Below are positions 29,326-42,035 of a stretch of 64,000 nucleotides of DNA, in pieces. The stretch is taken from contig OZ024741.1 of the NCBI GenBank assembly GCA_964016885.1, forward strand, positions 392,212,001 to 392,276,000. The letters are read 5' to 3'. The DNA comes from Eledone cirrhosa. Lineage: Eukaryota. The translations under genes were made by a program, and so were the position numbers. The first letter of the stretch is position 1; each line of letters begins with the position of its first letter. The notes below the pieces were generated by a model, which was not told where the DNA came from, searched no databases, and saw nothing but the letters and a program-made list of their open reading frames with translations.

Positions 29326-30590
29326 GTGAGGTACACTCAAGAGGTTTTGAGACTTTTATCAGAGACATTTATTTAACTCAGATCAACACAAAACTCTAGT
29401 CTCCTTCAAAGTAGGATCCTCCAACTTCAATGCATTTGTAGTGTTCCAGCCCTTCTAGAAGGCCTCCTTGTAGTCCTCCAAAGTGAATGCGCCCAGGGCA
29501 CTTCATTTCCTCAGCATCCTCAAAGCGGATACCCCTGAGTTTATCCTTCAGATTCTAGAACATCCAGAAGTTGCATGGGGCTAAGTCTGGACTGTAGGGA
29601 GTATAAGGGACAGTCATGATCCCCATATCAGCCAAGTAGCTGGTTACCAGGATGGGTTCGTAGCAGTGGGCATTGTCCTGGTGCAAGTGCCACTGACCAA
29701 ACTTGAAGAGTTCTGGTCTCTTGCAATGAAACCTCTTTCTGAACTGCCTCAAAACCTCTACATAGTACTCTTTGTGCGACTCTGTCTGGTCGGGGGGGGG
29801 GGGGGGGGGGGGGGGGGCATGGATGTAGATGATGCCCTGGCTATCGAAGAATAGGACCTGCTTTGCCTGGCCTTCTTTGGTCTTGGGGAGTCAGGATGTT
29901 TCCACTGGCCACTCTGTCTCTTAATCTCTGGATCATAACAGTAGACCCAGCTCTCGTCACAGTTTACCAGAGACTCAAGGACACTTGGATTTGAAGTGAT
30001 CCACTCGACCATCTCCCTGTTGTCATCAACGCATCTCTGCCTTTGATCTTTATTGAGCACCCTGGGAACAAAATTTTCACATGTTCAGATTGTCATGAAT
30101 GATTCTGTGCACAGTGCTCTCAGCCATTTCAAATTGTCTAGCAATCGTCAGAAGAGATGCACGACAATTCTTGTCCAGAAATTTGCGAATTTTGTCTACC
30201 AACTTTGGCATCCTGATATCCCTCTTGTTGCCACACTCCTCGTCGTCCCTCACCTGCTCCATGCCTGGCTCATGAAAGTTAATCCGTAAACAGTTTTGAC
30301 AATTTCATAGGTTTCTGCAGCTTTTTTTTTGCCCAGCTTGACACAAAACTTTGTTTTATATCAAGCCTCACGTTGTCCTCATGTCCTGACTGCATTGTGG
30401 AACCAGTCAGCTGAGACAGTACGTGTCTGACAGGTAGTCATACATGTATTGTGCTGTAGCAGCCCGAACCTTCAACCTAGAAAAAATATTTGGCATGTTA
30501 ACTTATTATAACCATACCAAGGATCTATAATAGTGAGTTATATAGGTCAATTAAAAGTGCCTGAAAAGAAAAAAAGTCTCAAATTTTTAT
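29326..30590 (-). mobile_element. Decayed Tc1/mariner (mariner-type DD34D) DNA transposon
   Basis: Collinear ORF fragments: HTH-like LTIARQFEMAESTVHRIIHDNL, DESWVYCYDPEIKRQSGQW, HLHQDNA and PYSPDLAPCNF. Frameshifts and a G26 run (29792-29817). Partial TIR match TTTGAGACTTTT (~29346) vs AAAAGTCTCAAA (~30572). Confidence 0.88.
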
Positions 30591-30860
30591 CATTCTTTTC
30601 TTTTCATTTTTAGTTCACTCTCTTTATTTCGTTACTTCTTTCCTTTCCTCATCATCATTTTATGTTTATTTTTGATGCTGGCATGGGTTAGTTGGGTTGT
30701 CACATTCTGAGACTTGACAGATTAGATAATCATGTCTTGCTGATATATTCTATTTGGGCATGGTTTCTATGACTGGATGTCCTTCCTAACATCTTTACAG
30801 CGTATACTGGGTGCATTTTCTCATGGCACCAGTGTTATCACTTTACATTTTTTCTTTCAG

Positions 30861-31110
30861 GCATTGTGGTCCAACTTCTTCCCATCTTACAAAGCCATTA
30901 GACAAGAAATTAACTCTGGAACCATAGGAAAGATATGCTACTTAGATGCAGCTTTCTTTGTTGATATATTCTCAAAGGAAGCTGTATCTGACCTATCCTT
31001 GGGTGGTGGAGGTGTTTTGGAAATTGGTGTATATATAATATGGCTTGCAAATTTCATATTTAGACAGAAACCTGAGAAAATTACTGCTGTTGGAAAGATT
31101 GCAGATACAG
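30861..31110 (+). CDS. DHDH: DHDH-like trans-1,2-dihydrobenzene-1,2-diol / D-xylose dehydrogenase (Gfo/Idh/MocA family), first visible internal exon
   Basis: ttttttctttcag| acceptor and G|gtgaat donor. Encodes ALWSNFFPSYKAIRQEINSGTIGKI...GGGGVLEIGVY...QKPEKITAVGKIADTG, matching the AIWTRFFP...GGALLDIGIY...QKPEKI...TG segment of mammalian DHDH. 250 nt, ends in phase 1. Confidence 0.9.
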
Positions 31111-31316
31111 GTGAATATATCATTAATAAAAATTTCAAGTTGCTTCTTTAGGGATTTTGATATTTCTACTGTCATAGTTATCTTATATTTAATTCTGTCT
31201 ACTTATTCAGTGATAATGTGTGTGTGTACAGGCTTAGAAAAACAAACTTAATTCTGTGTCACACACACACTCACACACATAACTGAATGAGGAAATGTAT
31301 TACAAGAATTATAAGT

Positions 31317-31658
31317 GGAGGCACATGGCTTAGTGGTTAGAGCATTGGCCTTGCAATCGAAAGGTTGTGAGTTCAATTCTCAGACCGGATGATGTGTTGT
31401 TTCCTTGAGCAAGACACTTTATTTCACGTTGCTCCAGTTTACTCAGCTGTAGAAATGAGATGATAGGGACTGGGGTCCCTATCATTCCACTGCAAAGTGG
31501 TCGTGGAGGTGCCACGGCAAAAAAGCACCCAGCACTCACTGTAAATGAGGTTGGTGTTAGGAAGGGCATCCAGCTGTAGAAATCAAGCCAGAATCGGTTC
31601 CTGTCCCACCCTTGCAAGCAGGGAAAAAGCGGACGTAAAATGAAATGATGATGATGAT
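31317..31658 (+). mobile_element. tRNA-derived SINE with RTE-LINE-derived 3' tail ending in (GAT)n
   Basis: A box TGGCTTAGTGG and B box GAGTTCAATTC. 3' part near-identical to the 3' UTR of the RTE at 38128-38400. Ends GGACGTAAAATGAAATGATGATGATGAT. Confidence 0.85.
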
Positions 31659-32340
31659 CAAAATTTTGCTGATTTTCACCAAATTCAAAATTCTACATAA
31701 ATGACGTGCTAAAATATTTTTGCTTTGGAAGGAAATATTACACCAGTTTCACTTTAAATATGAAATTTGTATTTCCTTTTGTTTTTCATGTTTTGAATGA
31801 ATATAGCCTTCAAAACTGTTGGAAATTGGTAAGAAATCATTATGTAATGGAGTTGTGAAACAAAAACTATACTCTAAACAACACTTTGAATATTTTAAAT
31901 ATCAAAATATATTCTTCACTCATGAGAATTTAGAAACTGCACTATCTCAACAAAATGTGTTGATAACCTGGTTTGGCTTATAAATGGGGTTTAGATTTTT
32001 TATTGTTTCTCAGACGTAAAATAGTATATACAGTAATTTATCATCTCTGAGTAATCTTATCATTTTTGCATATATTCTTCTTTGCTGGCTTGCATTGAAT
32101 GAAACATTTTGATGTGAACTTCTATGGCGAAATGCTCTTCCCGATACTAAGACATGCTTTTTTTTTTCTTAAAGTAAAATAGGGATCTTTGCACATCTAA
32201 CTGCTGAACAGCAGAATCTCTGTTTATGCAGAACACAAACAAATATCACTGCTTCTGTTGAATGCAAAGAGAAGAGGCTCATATATATACATATGTATAC
32301 ATACAATGATGATATATATATAATATATTATACATATATT

Positions 32341-33420
32341 ATGGAGGCACAGCTTGAAAATAAAAGGCCTTAAAGTCAACCTGGCAAAGACCAAAATCCT
32401 AGAGAGCAGAAAAGAAAACAGGACTCTGATCCTATCAGGTAAATGGCCCTGTTCTGTATGCAGGGAAGGAGTAGGTAGAAACTCAATTTTGTGTCCCAAA
32501 TGCAAACTTAGACTTCATATGTAAACATTGCAAAAATCCTCAAGCTCCTTTAAATACACAGAGGACCCCATAGAAATAGTAGATAACTTTTATTACATGG
32601 GTAATGAAATCAGCAGTGGTGGTCAATGTGCAAAAAGAACAGTTGCCAAAGTAAGGACAGGCTGGAAAAAGTTCAGGGAGCTGCTGCCGTTGCTAGCTAC
32701 AAAAGGTCTCACACTCAAGATAAAAGGCAAGCTGTATGATGCCTGTGTGCGTACAGCAATGCTACATGGAAGCGAAACATGAGCACTGTGTGCCGAGGAT
32801 TTACATAGATTGGAAAGAAATGAAGCCTGCATGCTCAAATGGGTGTGTAACAGTTGTGTGTGTGAAGGGCAAAATGTAAATGAATTGAGAGCAAAACTGG
32901 GTATAAGAGCGATCAAATGCTGTTTGCAGTGGTATGGATATGTGATGCACATAAAGGATGACAGGTCTATAAAAAAGTGTAGGGCACTTGAGGTTGTAGG
33001 GTGCCCCAGAAGAGGAAGACGTAGGATGAAACGATAAAGGCTGATCTGGCTCAGTTGAACCTCTCGACAGAGATGACACAGGATTGAGACTTCTGGTGCT
33101 ATGATGTACAACAAAAGACCCAAGTTAACAACCCAGCCCACACCGTAAACGTGGCTTGTGATTAAGAAGGGCATGCAGCTGTCATGAAATCCCAGTCAAA
33201 ACCACGACCCCGCTATGAGAAACACAGGTGCCAGTGCGGCCAACTGGCCAAACCTCCCTCATAACATGCCCACCCAGTACCCATACTATAGGTCTGCTGG
33301 CCAGACATGCCTCATAAGTGTGACCACCCAATCCCACTCAATAAATGTGGTTGGTGTTAAGAAAGGCATCCAACAGCTGTGAAAATTCTCACCCAAAATA
33401 GAGGTATGAGCAGGGTACGA
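32341..33420 (+). mobile_element. RTE-clade LINE 3' fragment (post-RT region and 3' UTR), decayed
   Basis: KGLKVNLAKTK...WPCSVCREGVGRNSILCPKC, RTGWKKFRELLPLL...LYDACVRTAMLHGSET, WYGYVM. Contains stops and deletions. Confidence 0.85.
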
Positions 33421-33439
33421 TGCTGTAGGCGACAGATGA

Positions 33440-36018
33440 AATCTGTGGCTGGAGCAGACCTATAGGCAGGAGGAGAGTAACATGGTGGTGGAACAGTAAG
33501 GTGGAGGAGTCAATCAAGGCCAAAAAGCAAGCTTGGAAAGTATGGCGGGATGGGGGAAGTAGAGGAGACTATCAAGTGGCCAGGAGGGACGCTAGGAGAC
33601 AAGTGTACTTTGCAAGAAAGGAAGCAGAGGAAAGAAAGTTCAAGCATGTTCTACAACGCGAGGACCAAAAATGTGAGGTGTTCAGGATTGCTAGACAATG
33701 TGTCAAGGAAAATCGTGATATTGTCGGGTAGAAGTGTGTCCATAATGATGATGGTATACTTGCCATCACTGATGCTGATAAGAAGGTAGCTTGGAAGTGT
33801 CACTACGAGAGGCTACTAAATGAGGAGAATAAATGGGAAAAAGATAGTCTGCCCCAAATCGATCCAATAGAAGGACCAGCAGTGCAAGTTGAAGGTAGTA
33901 TAACAAGTAAGGCAATCAAAGATATGAAGACAGGCAAAGCAGCTGGGCCTTCGAAGATAGTTGCTGAAATGTTGAAAGCATCTGGATTGGTGGGGCACAG
34001 TATGGTCACCCAGATAGTAAACCAAGTCATACAGAATGGGGTCGTTCCGAAGGACTGGCATAGCAGCATCATCATTAACTGCTACAAGGGTAAAGGAGAT
34101 GCCCTAGATAGGGGAAACTATAGAGGCATTAAATTAATTGACCAGGTCATGAAGGTCACAGAAAAAGTTATAGCGCAACTAATCAGAGAGCGAATTGATC
34201 TAGATGAAATGCAGTTTGGGTTTGTGTCAGGTAAAAGTACCACAGACGCTCTTTTCCTTGTACGATAACTACAGGAGAAGTACCTAGCTAAAAGTAAACC
34301 CCTATACTTTTGTTGACTTGCAGAAAGCCTTTGACAGAGTCCCCTGCTCCATTATCTGGTGGGCTCTTAGAAAACTAGATGTAGATGAATGGCTTTTGAG
34401 AGCTATACAAGCTATGTATAAAGAAACAGTCAGCAAGGTTAGAATTAACAACGAATATAGTGAAGAATTTAGTGTAAAAGTTGGTGTTCATCAGGGGTCT
34501 GTCCTTAGCCCCCTCCTATTTATTATTGCCCTTCAGGCTATAACAGAGGAGTTCAAGACCGGCTGCCCATGGGAACTTCTATATGCAGATGATCTAACGC
34601 TCATAGCAGAATCGATGGCTGAACTAGAGAAGAAATTCCAAACATGGAAGCATGGCCTAGAATCAAAAGGCCATAAAGTGAACTTGTCTAAGACTAAAGT
34701 TCTAGTATGTAGGAAGGAAAATAGGGCACTGGTCCCCTCTGGGAAATGGCCATGCTCAGTGTGTAGGAAAGGAGTAGGCAGAAACTCCATTTTATGTCCC
34801 AAATGCAAATTATGGGTGCATAAAAGATGTAGTGGGATCACAGGTAAGCTAAGAATGTAGATTTTATATGTGGGCGGTGCTCAGGTGCAATAAGTAGCAA
34901 GTGCCCACAGGATACTAGCTCCTTCCATTGCCCAGATGGTTCTATAGAAATAGTGGACACCTTCCGTTACCTGGGTGACAAAATCAGCAGTGGGGGAGGG
35001 TGCTCTGAAAGTACAGTAGCCAGAGTCAGAACGGGATGGAAAAAGTTCAGAGAGCTTATACCACTATTGACCGCTAAAGGGTTCTCTCTAAAAATGAAAG
35101 CAGGCTGTATGATGCCTGCATACGAACAGCAATGTTACATGGCAGTGAGACCTGGGCATTGTGTGCAGAGGATATACGCAGACTGGAAAGAAACGAAGCT
35201 TGCATGCTCTGCTGGATGTGTAATAGTAATATATGTGAACGGCAAAGCATAAACGAACTAAGGAAAAAATTAGAAATAAGAGGGATCAGATGTTGTTTAC
35301 TCGAGAGAAGACTACGTTGGTACGGTCACATGATGCGCATGAAAGACGACAGCTGCATAAAAAAGTGCAGGGCGATAAAAATAGACGGTAGCCACGGAGT
35401 AGGCAGACCCAGAAAAACCTGGGACGACTTGATAAATTCCGACCTCACACACTTACACCTTTCCAAGACAATGTCATTGGACCGAGATCTTTGGCGCTAC
35501 ACAGTAATACAGAAGACCTGCCTTGCCTAAGTACAAAGCGAAACCTACAGTCAGTAGGCACCTCTAACAAAATAACCCCCCCTTAAATGTGAAGTTATGT
35601 TGGTACCACAACATCCAGTCCGAAACAAATGAGGTCGTGTAGGTGTCACGACAAAAAAAACACACAGCCCACGCTGTAATGTGGCCATGTAGGTAACACG
35701 GTAAAAACCTCCCAGTACACACTGTAAACGTGGCTGGTGTTGGGAAGGGCACCCAGCCATAGAAAACTTGCCAGACGTGTAGGTGTCACGACAAAAAACA
35801 CAGTCCACGCTGTAACGTGGCCGTGTAGGTAACACGGTAAAAACCTCCCAATCCACACTGTAAATGTGGTTGGTGTTAGGAAGGGCATCCAGCCGTAGAA
35901 AACCCGCCAGACAGTCCTATACGAGCAGGATAACCAATCTTGCCTCAAGTGGGAAAACTCCCGTCCAAACCCATGCAAGCGTGGAAGATGGACGTTAAAC
36001 GATGATGATGATGATGAT
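33440..36018 (+). mobile_element. 5'-truncated RTE-clade LINE with RT domain and (GAT)6 tail
   Basis: KGKGDALDRGNYRGIKL, QFGFVSGKSTTDA, KAFDRVP, GVHQGSVLSPLLF, LLYADD, Cys-rich knuckle, RRLRWYGH. A few stops and frameshifts. Tail GGACGTTAAAC(GAT)6. Confidence 0.95.
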
Positions 36019-36125
36019 ATATATATATATGGATATATATATGTATATATATATGTATATATGTATATATATATATGTATATATGTATATGTATATATAT
36101 GTATATATATATGTATATGTATATA
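36019..36125. repeat. (TA)n/(TATG) microsatellite
   Basis: Direct reading. Confidence 0.95.
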
Positions 36126-36129
36126 AGAA

Positions 36130-37356
36130 CAAAAGATGGTTAAAAGAGTTCCATGTATTTTATTATGCGCATTTCAAAAACAAATATCATCATGCAATAA
36201 TATTTGTGTTTTCATCAGATAAAACAGGAGGACATGATATGAAGGTTAAAAAACACTTGTGGATAGTTCAGTTTTAAATCAACATATGAGAAGTAGTTTT
36301 AGATTGATGTGTGATATTGGGAAAAATATTTTATTTAGAGGGGGGGGGAGGGGGTTTGGAAAGGATGAAAAAAAAGGAGGAGATGAGAGTGAAGGTGGAG
36401 AGGGAGGAGTATAATGAGGAAGGATGAGATAGGAGGAGAGATGGGTGATAGAGAGAGAGAGATAGCTTTTATAACTGAGAAAGATATATTGTTTTATATA
36501 GAGAGGTTGAAAACCGTTGGAAGATAATGTATAAATTAAAAGAATTTGAAAATTAACGAAGAGAAAAATAATGTAAAGTTAAGGTTTGTATATTGAGGGG
36601 TTTGATAATATGTGCGAAGAAAAAATGAGTTAGATGAAAGGGAGAAAAGAATAATGAATTGAGGATGAATAATCTAACGTCAAAAAAAATGTATATGTTT
36701 ACGAAGGATTTTTACAAGGTGATATAAAGTAAGAATGTGTTGTATTATGTAATAATTGATTCTATGTTAGGCAGGAGTGAGAAAAGGTACAGATTAGGGG
36801 TTAGACATTAGAAGAAGAAGAGAAGGGAAGTGATAAATAGGGGTGATGTAGAAAGAGTAGACAAGTATTATAGAATGTATAATAACCTTTGAAATAAGGT
36901 AGAAAGATGGGTATATTTTTAAAAGAAGTGTATATATATATATGTGCCTTTGAGAAAAAGCTTCTAAATTGATAAAAAATTGAATATTAGCTGTATACTT
37001 TGTGAAATGTTTTATGGAATTTATGCAAGCAGATATAAAACAAGTCAATGCGTCTATTTATTATAGAATCTAGATTAGAGATAATGGTAAATTTTTCATT
37101 TAGACAGAGATTGCAGATTTTGGATAGAGAACTGTTCAAGTATGGAGACGCAGAAGAAACCTTCTTCAAAAAGATGCTATATTTAATATTTTTGTCTTTC
37201 AAGGACCATATGAGTTCTGAGAGAGCCGTGTTGGTTCTTTTAAGTTTATATTTAAAAGACGAATGATGGTTATAAAGACGAGCTTTAAAAGAGGTGGAAG
37301 TGGAGCCAAAATAGGTGAAGGAATTGGTGTCAGTTATAACTTTACATTCGTAATAT
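36130..37356 (-). mobile_element. Penelope-like element 3' remnant: GIY-YIG endonuclease (36987-37356) plus downstream non-coding region
   Basis: Manual minus-strand translation IYYECKVITDTNSFTYFGSTSTSFKARLYNHHSSFKYKLKRTNTALSELIWSLKDKN...SPYLNSSLSKICNLCLNEKFTII...INRRIDLFYICLH matches the PLE GIY-YIG / CxLCLxEK C-terminus. Confidence 0.8.
36156..36226 (-). ncRNA. Type I hammerhead ribozyme (PLE-associated)
   Basis: Minus strand reads tgttttat-CTGATGA-aaacacaaatattatt(gcat)gatgatatttgttttt-GAAA-tgcgca-TA^ataaaata. Intact core, 8-bp stem I, 16-position stem II with one mismatch, palindromic minimal stem III, AUA cleavage triplet. Confidence 0.8.
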
Positions 37357-37379
37357 ATATATGTATATATATGTATATG

Positions 37380-37427
<48 letters not shown>

Positions 37428-37429
<2 letters not shown>

Positions 37430-38090
37430 CATCATCATCATCATCATCGTTTAACGTCCATGTTCCACGCTTGCATGGGTTTGGACGGGAGTTTTCCCAC
37501 TTGAGGCAAGAGTGGTTGTCTTGCTCGCATAGGACTGTCTGGCGGGTTTTCTACAGCTGGATGCCCTTCCTAACACCAACCACATTTACAGTGTGGGACT
37601 GGGAGGTTTTTACCGTGTTGCCTACACGGCCACATTACAGCGTGGACTGTGTGTTTTTTGTCGTGACACCTACACGATCTCATTTGTTTCGGCCTGGATG
37701 TTGTGGCACCAACATAACTTTACATTGAAAGGGGCGGTGTGGATGGGGTGGGGGTGGTGGGACGGGGGTGTAATTTGTTAGAGATGCCTACTGACTGTAG
37801 TAGGTTTTACTTTGTATTTAGGTAAGGCGTGTCATCTCTATTACTGAGTACCGCCAAAGGTCTCGGTCCAGTGACATTGTCTTGGAGAGGTGTAAGTGTG
37901 TGAGGTCGGAATTTATCAGCTCGTCCCAGGTTTTTCTGGGTCTGCCTACTCCGTGGCTACCATCTATCTTTATTGCCCTGCACTTTGTTACACACTGAGA
38001 ATGGCCATTTCCTGGAAGGGACCAGCGCCTTATTTTCTTTCCTACAAACTAAAACTTTAGTCTTAGCTAGGTTAATTTTAAGGCCTTTTA
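37428..38090 (-). mobile_element. Internally deleted RTE 3' fragment, inverted relative to the 33440-36018 copy
   Basis: (ATC)n tail at 37428. Reverse complement matches 35360-36018, then jumps to the KINLAKTKVLVCRKENKALVPSRKWPFSVC segment. Confidence 0.88.
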
Positions 38091-38127
38091 TATATATGTA
38101 TATATATATGTATATATATATATATGT

Positions 38128-40630
38128 ATCATCATCATCATCATCACCGTTTTACGTCCGTTCTTCCACGCTAGCATGGGTTAGACGAGTTGTCCTGTTG
38201 TGGACAGTGTCTGGTCGGCTGACCATGCCTTGCTCATACAGGAACTGATCTGGCTTGATTTCTACAGCTGGATGCCCTTCCTAACACCAACCTCATTTAC
38301 AGTGAGTGCTGGGTGCTTTTTCGTGGCGCCTACACGTCCACTTTACAGTGTGGGCTGGGTGCTTTTTTGCCGTGGCACCTCCACGACCACCTTGCGGTGG
38401 GGGGTCTGGGGGCATATTGTCTATATGCTTCAGCTTGTCCCATGGGAGGTCGGGTACTCTGTATTACTGCGTGACGCCAGAAGTCACGGTCGTGTGTCAT
38501 TGCCTTTGAGAGGTGTAATTGAGTAAGGTCGGCTTTTATCACCTCATCCCAGGTCATCTTGGGTCTCCCCACTCCGCGGTTTCCATCTACTTCTAGTGCT
38601 CTGCACCTTTTTATGCAGCTGTTATCCTTCATACGCATCACATGTCCATACCAGCGCAACCGCCTTTCCTGCACACAGCATTTGATTCCTCTTATGCTCA
38701 GTCTCTCTCTCAATTCATTTATGCTTTGTCGTTCACGTATATTACTGTTACACATCCATTGGAGCATGCAGGCTTCATTTCTCTCTAATCTACGTAAGTC
38801 TTCCACCTTCAGCGCCCAGGTCTCACTACCATGCAACATTGCTGTTCGGATACACGCATCATACAGTCTGCCTTTCATTCTGAGGGAGAAGCCTTTTGCA
38901 GCTAGCAGTGGTAGTAGTTCCCTAAACTTCTTCCATCCCGTTCTTACCCTAGTTATTGTACTTTCTGAACACCCACCTCCGCTGCTAATTCGGTCACCTA
39001 GGTAGCAGAAGCTGTCTACTGTTTCTACAGAGCCCTCCCAGAGATTGGTGGTACTTAGTCTTTGTCATGTTGACTTTGAGACCCTTTCTTTCTAGTCCAT
39101 GCTTCCAAGTTTGGAATTTATTCTCTAGTTCTACCATAGATTCAGCTATGAGTGCGAGGTCATCAGCATACAGGAGTTCCCATGGGCATCCGGTCTTAAA
39201 CTCCTCCGTTATTGCCTGCAGGACTATGATGAACAGGAGGGGGCTAAGAACAGAGCCCTGGTGGACCCCAACCTGTACGCTAAATTCCTCGCTATACTCA
39301 TTGCTAATCCTAACTTTGCTGACTGCTCCCCTATACATGGCTTGTACCGCTTTCACAAGCCATTCATCTACTCCTAGTTTTCTAAGAGCCCACCAGATTA
39401 CCGCACGTGGAACTCTGTCAAAGGCTTTCTCAAGGGCGACAAATGCCAAATAGAGTGGCTTAATTTTAGCTAGGTACTTTTCCTGTAATTGCCTCACAAG
39501 GAAGAGGGCATCAGTGGTGCTTCTTCCTGGTATAAACCCAAATTGCATCTCGTCTATTTTCACCCGGTCCCTAATCAACTGTGCTATAACTCTTTCTGTT
39601 ACTTTCATGACCTGGTCCATCAACTTTATACCTCTATAGTTTCCTCTATCTAGTGCATCGCCTTTACCTTTGTAGCAGTTGACAATGATGCTACTGCACC
39701 AATCATTTGGTATGATACCTTCTAGTATTACCTGGATCACGATACGTGTGGTTATAGTGTGACCTACAGACCTAGATGCCTTCAGCATCTCGGCAGCTAT
39801 ACCCGATGGACCGGTTGCCTTGCCCATCTTCATATCTTTGATTGCCTTACTTACTACGCTGCTGCTGACTTGTACTGCTGGCCCCTCTATAGGGTCTACT
39901 TGGGGTAGGGTCTCTTCTTCCCATGCATTCTCCTCATTTAGTAATCTATCATAATGACTCTTCCATGCATCTTTCTTCTCAGCACTTGTGAGGGCAAGCT
40001 CACCTTTATCATTCCGGATACACTTCTCTCCAATGACATCACAACTATCTCTGACACACTGCCTCGCAATCTTGAATACCTCCTGTTTCTGCTCCTCACG
40101 TTGCAAAACATGCTTGAATTTTCTATCCTCTGCTTCCCTCCTAGCTAAGTATACTTGTCACCTAGCTTCCCTCTTGGTCTCTATGTAATGTACCCTGCTC
40201 ACCCCATTCTTCCATTCTTTCCATGCCTGTCTCTTGGCCTTAACTGCTTCATCTACCTTATTGTTCCACCACCAAGTCACTCTCCTCCTGCTTGAGGTCT
40301 TACTCCAGCCACAGACCCCATCTGTCGCCTCTAGTAAATTATATTTTAGGAACTCCAGTTCTCTTCTACATTAAATGTCTGTATCTGTTCTTCTTTACTG
40401 TCGTAGGCGTTGAGTAAAATATCTTTAAATCTGTTACTGGTTGAGGGGTCTTTCAGCTTCCAGATCTTTCTTCTCCAGGTTGGCCTCTGTTTCCAGGTTC
40501 GTCTAGTTCTGACCGTGAGGTCACTGACAACTAAGCTATGTTGGGATGTACATTCCTCACTAGGGAAGGCTTTTGTGTTTACGACCGTCCATCTGTCACG
40601 TCCTATAATGAGGATAAAATCTATCTGACT

Positions 40631-40632
<2 letters not shown>
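38128..40632 (-). mobile_element. 5'-truncated RTE-clade LINE (end of APE endonuclease, RT, 3' UTR, (GAT)n tail)
   Basis: SQIDFILI...[14 protein letters not shown] (APE C-terminus). 370-aa ORF with GVHQGSVLSPLLF and LLYADD. Internal deletion of the Cys knuckle near 39050. RRLRWYGHVMR. Confidence 0.95.
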
Positions 40633-41450
<818 letters not shown>

Positions 41451-41451
41451 C

Positions 41452-41915
41452 TCCGACCTCACACACTTACACCTCTCCAAGACAATGTCACTGGACCGTG
41501 ACCTTTGGCGGTACTCAGTAACAGAGAAGACCCGCCTTGCCAGTAGGCATCTCTAACAAACTACACCCCGTCCCGCCACCACCCCCACCCCATCCACACC
41601 ACCCCGTTCTATGTAAAGTTATGTTGGTGCCGCGCCATCCAGGCCGAAACAAATGAGATCGTGTAGGTGTCACGACAAAAAAACACACAGTCCACGCTGT
41701 AATGTGGCCGTGTAGGCAACACGGTAAAAACCTCCCAGACCCACACTGTAAATGTGGTTGGTGTTAGGAAGGGCATCCAACTGTAGAAAACCTGCCAGAC
41801 AGTCCTATGCGAGCAAGACAATCACTCTTGCCTCAAGTGGGACTACCCCCGTCCAAACCCATGCAAGCGTGGAACACGGACGTTAAACGTTGATGATGAT
41901 GATGATGATGATGAT
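41452..41915 (+). mobile_element. RTE 3' UTR fragment with (GAT)n tail
   Basis: Near-exact reverse complement of 37428-37910 and highly similar to 35438-36018. Confidence 0.9.
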
Positions 41916-42035
41916 ATATATGTATAGTAATAATAATAACATTGAAGACTAAAATCCAAAGAGGGCTCGATAAGGAAAATATATATCAAATATATAAGAA
42001 CCGAAGAGCAAATATTTATTAATATAACAGATTAA

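Noticed and set aside
29555-30262. Domesticated SETMAR-like transposase (third catalytic D changed to N)
   Set aside because: Frameshifts, stops and a poly-G insertion indicate a dead copy.
38994-40106. 370-aa RT ORF as an active or host gene
   Set aside because: The element is 5'-truncated within the endonuclease, has an upstream stop and has an internal deletion with a frameshift.
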